A stretch of DNA of 56,414 nt from NCBI GenBank assembly GCA_014155705.1, contig JAAEKA010000039.1, positions 1 through 56,414 of the forward strand, in the 5' to 3' direction. Of the stretch, positions 52,676 to 56,414 are shown piece by piece. Origin of the DNA: Anaerolineae bacterium clx_CAG2. Its GTDB lineage: Bacteria; Chloroflexota; Anaerolineae; JAAEKA01. The notes beneath the pieces were generated by a model. That model was not told where the DNA came from. It did not search any database and saw only the letters and a list, made by a program, of their open reading frames with translations. The translations under genes and the position numbers were made by a program. How positions within the stretch are numbered: the first letter of the stretch is position 1; each line of letters starts with the position of its first letter.

Positions 52676-55012
52676 CTACTCGTGAATGACCTGGATGCGG
52701 TCTTTCTCAGCGATTCCTGCAGGCAGATCGATGGTGTGCAAGCCGAGCCACCTAAAGTCTGGCGTAGCGGTTGCCTGCGCGCACAACTCCCGCTGCTTCT
52801 GGTCAAAGAAGTCGCTAGCCTCGGGATCGGCCACGACGGCGACCACGTCGAAGGGCTCGTCGTTGGTGTTTGTCTGGAAGCTGCTGGCAACCCGCCATTG
52901 GCCGTTTTCTATGATGGTGTGTTCCCCTGCGCAGGCATTGGATGACTGGGGAAGCCACTTGCCCCAGATGGTGTAGACCAGGACCCAGATGGCATGGTCG
53001 GGCGGCACGTTGCTATAAATGCCGCTGGCGGTCTGCGAATCGGTGACCGTCTGGCCATCGCGCGGGCTCGTAATGCGCAGTGCGCCCGGCAGTTGAACGC
53101 CTGAAAGATCGGGCGCGCGCAAGATCTCATCGGACCGGATCACCATGATGCGCTCTACCTCGTCGACTCCATCAGGCAGCTCGGCGAAGCCTGGCCACTT
53201 CTTCTCTGGATCGTCGCACCAGCGCTGGATTTCGGCCACGACCGCGGCATTGCCCTCGGCTGTGGCCGTGGTCACGACAATCTCGAAGGGCTGGCCCACG
53301 TCCTGTTCGATGGGCAAGCCCACCTGGATGTGCTGCTCCCAGCGCCCGCCCTGCATCGCGGCGCCGTCGTTGCCCTCGCAGTGGTTGTAGGACTGCGGGT
53401 AGAGCCTGGCAGAGCTGCCGCCGGCCACGGGCGGCGGCACGACGAAGACCCGGATGACCTCCTCCTGGTTCTCAGGGTACGTGCCCAACAGTGAGCTGGC
53501 ATAGGGCGCCAGATCGCCGTCCGCCAGGTTCAGAACGGTGAGCACTGCGGCTGTTGCAGTCGGTGTAGGGGTTGCACTTGGCGTTGCTGTGGCGCTGGGA
53601 GTGCTGGCAAGCACAGGCGACACAACACTTCCTGTCCCAATAGCCGATGCTGTATGAGTTTGCGTTTCCTCGGCTGATAAAGTTGACGCAGATGTCGAAG
53701 TTGCCATCGCTACCGCAGTTACCACCGATGGATTGAGCCAAGCAACCAAATCACGTCGAACATTCGACTTTCCCAATACAATCAGAGCGCCGATCACCAA
53801 CATCGTAGCTACTGAAGCACCGACTCTTCTGAGCCAATTGACTGGCCTAGGCTCTACTTCAACTTGAAAAGGAATGGAGGCAATTCTGTACTTCTGCTGC
53901 ACGAAGGCAGAGGCAGGAATACCCTCCATCTCAACATTCGTGTGCAACACTCCCGTGCCGACAAAGATCCCTCCTTCATGTAACTCCACATGTACCGTCA
54001 GTTTCCCCTGCTTCCGCGGAGTAAGCTGAAAGGTAACAATCCCGGAGTCACCGTCGGTTGGGATGACAATCTTTTTCTCCTGCATTGGCGGCATGAAATC
54101 ATTGGCAACCACTCTCACAAGTAACCTGGCCGCACGTACTGTCCCTTGCTTGTCGATGGGAAAGTTAACCTCGAATGACCGAGTCCTGACATCGTCAGGA
54201 GTGGACATGTAGTCATCTTCAACTTCAAGCCTTACCCGCAGTCCGCCGGAGATCGGACGCCGGACCATTGCAAGCAACTCTGTTGCCCGGCCGACCTGCG
54301 CACTGCTGGGCATCGCGGCGTCCAGCATCCTTTGCCGTCTATCCTCTCTTGGCGGGAAGAGCGAAGCTAGCGGGGGCAAATCCCCCGTGTCTCGCCGCAT
54401 TGCAGCGAAGACCACCTGACGCGGGTCGCCATACCAGGCCAGCAGCTTGGGCTTACTAGATTCGTCCAGGGCCTGTAGGTCTATCCGATTACTCCCTAGA
54501 TCGAATGCAGTTTGCATGTCGCGACCGTAAGCCAGGGCCTGGTAGAAAGATGCCGCAAAGTTGCGCGATGCTATGTCGCCGATTACCTCTGGTATTCCAA
54601 CAACGCAGTCAATGTGCGCAGCAATAGCCTTGGCTTGCCGCTCAGAGTAGCAGGCATTGAGCACCACACAGCGCAGATTGTCGCGCAGAATGGAGAAGAG
54701 CTGGCTAAGGGCCTCCGGTGGCACGGCATACTCGCGGCCGCGGTCGTCCTCCAAGAGCAGTTGGCCGGCCTGGCTGCCGTGGCCGCTGAAGTGAACAATC
54801 TGCGGCTTATGGCGCAACAGCAGTTCCTGCAGATCTGCAACACGCACTGCCCAGTGTTGGCGCAGGTCGAACTCGTCGCGGTAGTCGGCCTGGCGCAGCA
54901 CTTGATCGATTGCGCGGACTTCCTCATCCAAGCGCAGGCGAGTCGTAGTAGACGGGTTTGCGGCCAGAAAGAGGATGACGATCTTTTCAGAGGTTGAGTG
55001 CGTAGTGGCCAT
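52676..55012 (-). CDS. CHAT-like (minimal caspase-fold) domain - beta-sandwich region - single TM - Thr/Ala/Ser/Pro linker - extracytoplasmic domain protein
   Basis: N-terminal ILFLAANPSTTTRLRLDEEVRAIDQVL...IVHFSGHGSQAGQLLLED...CVVLNACYSERQA (His/Cys dyad pattern of CHAT). TM segment VGASVATMLVIGALIVLG. Then an ATSTSASTLSAEETQTHTAS...TPSATATPSATPTPTATA linker. Confidence 0.6.
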   Translation of the reverse strand: MATTHSTSEKIVILFLAANPSTTTRLRLDEEVRAIDQVLRQADYRDEFDLRQHWAVRVADLQELLLRHKPQIVHFSGHGSQAGQLLLEDDRGREYAVPPEALSQLFSILRDNLRCVVLNACYSERQAKAIAAHIDCVVGIPEVIGDIASRNFAASFYQALAYGRDMQTAFDLGSNRIDLQALDESSKPKLLAWYGDPRQVVFAAMRRDTGDLPPLASLFPPREDRRQRMLDAAMPSSAQVGRATELLAMVRRPISGGLRVRLEVEDDYMSTPDDVRTRSFEVNFPIDKQGTVRAARLLVRVVANDFMPPMQEKKIVIPTDGDSGIVTFQLTPRKQGKLTVHVELHEGGIFVGTGVLHTNVEMEGIPASAFVQQKYRIASIPFQVEVEPRPVNWLRRVGASVATMLVIGALIVLGKSNVRRDLVAWLNPSVVTAVAMATSTSASTLSAEETQTHTASAIGTGSVVSPVLASTPSATATPSATPTPTATAAVLTVLNLADGDLAPYASSLLGTYPENQEEVIRVFVVPPPVAGGSSARLYPQSYNHCEGNDGAAMQGGRWEQHIQVGLPIEQDVGQPFEIVVTTATAEGNAAVVAEIQRWCDDPEKKWPGFAELPDGVDEVERIMVIRSDEILRAPDLSGVQLPGALRITSPRDGQTVTDSQTASGIYSNVPPDHAIWVLVYTIWGKWLPQSSNACAGEHTIIENGQWRVASSFQTNTNDEPFDVVAVVADPEASDFFDQKQRELCAQATATPDFRWLGLHTIDLPAGIAEKDRIQVIHE

Positions 55013-55046
55013 AATCCGCTGACTCTCTACCTATGAACTCCCACGC

Positions 55047-55080
55047 GGGGATGCTTCGGCGGACCGCAACATGACACGAC
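55047..55080. repeat. REP-like element copy
   Basis: ggggatgcttcggcggaccgcaacatgacacgac shares 16 + 11 identical flanking nt with 42948-42981. It is bracketed by the 8-bp inverted repeat gaactccc/gggagttc. Confidence 0.65.
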
Positions 55081-55727
55081 GGGAGTTCGTTGCCAAGGCG
55101 CATCCCGCCGCGGCAGGATGCAAAACTCGTAGTGACTGGCTAAACTGGCAAACCGGTGATTGGCGGCGTTGATGCTGCGATCAGTTTTCTAGAGAGGAGT
55201 CGATCGCTAACTCGATCACGGCAGCTTCGCCAAACTGAGTGCATAGGGCTTCCAACGACCTCAGCAGCGCCTCGAGCTGTACCACGCTGGTCAGACGAGC
55301 CGGCAGGGTGGCGGTGCGCCCGGCGCGGCAATGACGATGCGGCGCTCGCGGCCGTGACGCTCCATGGAGCGCTTCAGTCAGCACGTACAGATATCGGCCA
55401 ATGCATCTTGCACAGCAGGTTCTCGAGTTGCGGTCCAGCAAACATCCATGAGGATCGCCGTCACCAGGTTGCGTGGTGCTGGCGTCAAGAAAGGCCACGC
55501 CCCTGATGCACGTATTGTACATGACATTTGGCCTGCGAACAATGATCTAGCTCATATTACAGCGCCGAATTCCCCGATAAGGCAACTGCATCGCCGTCCT
55601 CGCCGGTCACAGAAGGATCGAACCCGCTGCGACAGGAGGCATGCCAGTCTGACCCGACGTGATCGGTCGTTCCTAACCGGCCTGCCGGGGGAGACAGGTC
55701 AGTTTTGCTTCGCTCCCCCACTGCGTT

Positions 55728-55756
55728 TAGACACGCCTCCCAAAATCAGCTATAAT
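55728..55756 (+). promoter_or_regulatory. Sigma70-like promoter (TAGACA-17-TATAAT) for hisS
   Basis: TAGACA 55728-55733, 17-nt spacer, TATAAT 55751-55756, about 115 nt upstream of ATG 55872. Confidence 0.45.
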
Positions 55757-55871
55757 CAGCGACGATTGTATTCAGATGGCGGGCACTTGCCTGTATGACT
55801 GCGGCATGTCTCCAGGTACCAATGCCCGGCATCTAGTGTTGACGACTTTTCGACCACAAAGGCATCATCCC

Positions 55872-56364
55872 ATGTACCAAGCACCCAAAGGCACCCACGA
55901 CATCCTGCCCGAGGACTGGCCCTACTGGCGCCATGTGATGGCTACGGCCGAGCGCATGGCCGGGCTGTACGGCTTCGAGCGTATCGACGTGCCCATCTTC
56001 GAGGCCACAGAGTTGTTCGAGCGCGGGGTGGGCGAGGGCGCAGCCGTGATGGTGGACAAGGAGATGTACACCTTCAGCGACAAAGGCAACACCAGCCTGA
56101 CCCTGCGGCCGGAGTTCACGGCGGGCATCATGCGCGCCTATCTGGAGCACGGCATGCGGGTGCGCCCCCAGCCGGTCAAGCTCTACACGATCGGCCCCAT
56201 CTTTCGCCAGGAGCGCCCCCAGGCCGGCCGCTTTCGCCAGCACACCCAGTGGAACGTCGAGGTGGTCGGTGAGATCGACCCGGCGGTCGACTTCGAGGTG
56301 ATGTCCATCGCCTGGAGCCTGTTCAGCGAGCTGGGCTTCCGCGGCCTCTCCTTCCAGGTCAACT
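55872..56364 (+). CDS. hisS: Histidine--tRNA ligase, 5' part only
   Basis: ATG 55872. MYQAPKGTHDILPEDWPYWRHV...DKEMYTFSDKGNTSLTLRPEFTAG...PVKLYTIGPIFRQERPQAGRFRQHTQ (class II motifs 1 and 2). The frame stays open to the window end, but HisRS-like sequence stops at 56364. Confidence 0.85.
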
Positions 56365-56414
56365 CCAACTATTCTTGCATTCTCGCGCCAAGTCGCATAC
56401 AGGCTTTGAGCATT
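56365..56414 (+). repeat. Terminal 50 bp identical to 49736-49785 (inside the 1620-aa gene)
   Basis: Exact 50/50 identity in the same orientation. Composition and translation (NYSCILAPSRIQALSI) no longer match hisS. Confidence 0.9.

Noticed and set aside
55600-55640. GGGTTCGATCC-like T-loop motif on the minus strand (about 55615-55625) as a possible tRNA or tRNA-fragment att site next to the island.
   Set aside because: Flanking bases do not form a T-stem, anticodon arm or acceptor stem. It is only an 11-mer resemblance.
55141-55700. Track ORFs 55156..55506(+), 55181..55522(-) and 55364..55798(+) between the CHAT gene and hisS.
   Set aside because: They overlap one another, have no RBS or recognisable motifs, and have Arg-rich translations. 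The region is more likely non-coding or decayed DNA. I cannot support a gene call.

Overview
GC-rich bacterial chromosomal window. The gene content looks Chloroflexota-like, but that is inference only. All domain and family names below come from reading motifs by eye and from memory; no HMM or database search was run.

Gene map, left to right:
- 1-8.1 kb: two tandem paralogous genes for very large secreted multidomain proteins. The first runs off the window edge.
- 8.2-12.3 kb: a NarL-type two-component pair and a CNNM/CorC-type transporter.
- 12.3-15.6 kb: DegV, a GYD-domain protein and a uridine-kinase-like protein.
- 15.8-32.4 kb: a cell-envelope/exopolysaccharide locus. It holds a sortase, a Wzz-tyrosine autokinase, a flippase-like protein, an FkbM methyltransferase with an in-frame TAG, a GT2-phosphoglycosyltransferase fusion, two GH-like secreted paralogs, DUF2723, DUF4012 and a B12-radical SAM enzyme.
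- 32.4-34.2 kb: a small operon for a PqqD-like RRE, an unannotated 41-aa peptide and an HPr-kinase-like protein.
- 34.2-40.5 kb: a cysteine/sulfur-carrier cluster (cysE, cysK, thioredoxin-like, DUF4395, DUF952, cysM-like, rhodanese-ThiF, MoaD/CysO-like) behind a structured leader.
- 40.7-42.8 kb: a split biotin carboxylase / BCCP pair.
- 43.1-44.4 kb: an MFS transporter.
- 44.4-55.1 kb: a mosaic conflict/defence-type island.
- From 55.9 kb: a 5' partial hisS.

The two most interesting loci:
1. A visibly low-GC two-gene cassette at about 44.9-51.4 kb. It encodes a 1620-aa protein combining a cold-shock domain, TPR repeats and a P-loop NTPase, plus a paralogous NTPase with a HEPN-like tail. It sits among decayed BREX-like stubs, a caspase pseudogene and a CHAT-like membrane protein.
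2. A peptide whose leader has the exact lasso-leader spacing (Tyr-17, Pro-14, Leu-12, Thr-2). No cyclase or leader protease is present in the window, and the putative core has no acidic residue.

The last 50 bp of the window exactly duplicate an internal segment of the giant gene and break hisS. This may be an assembly artefact.
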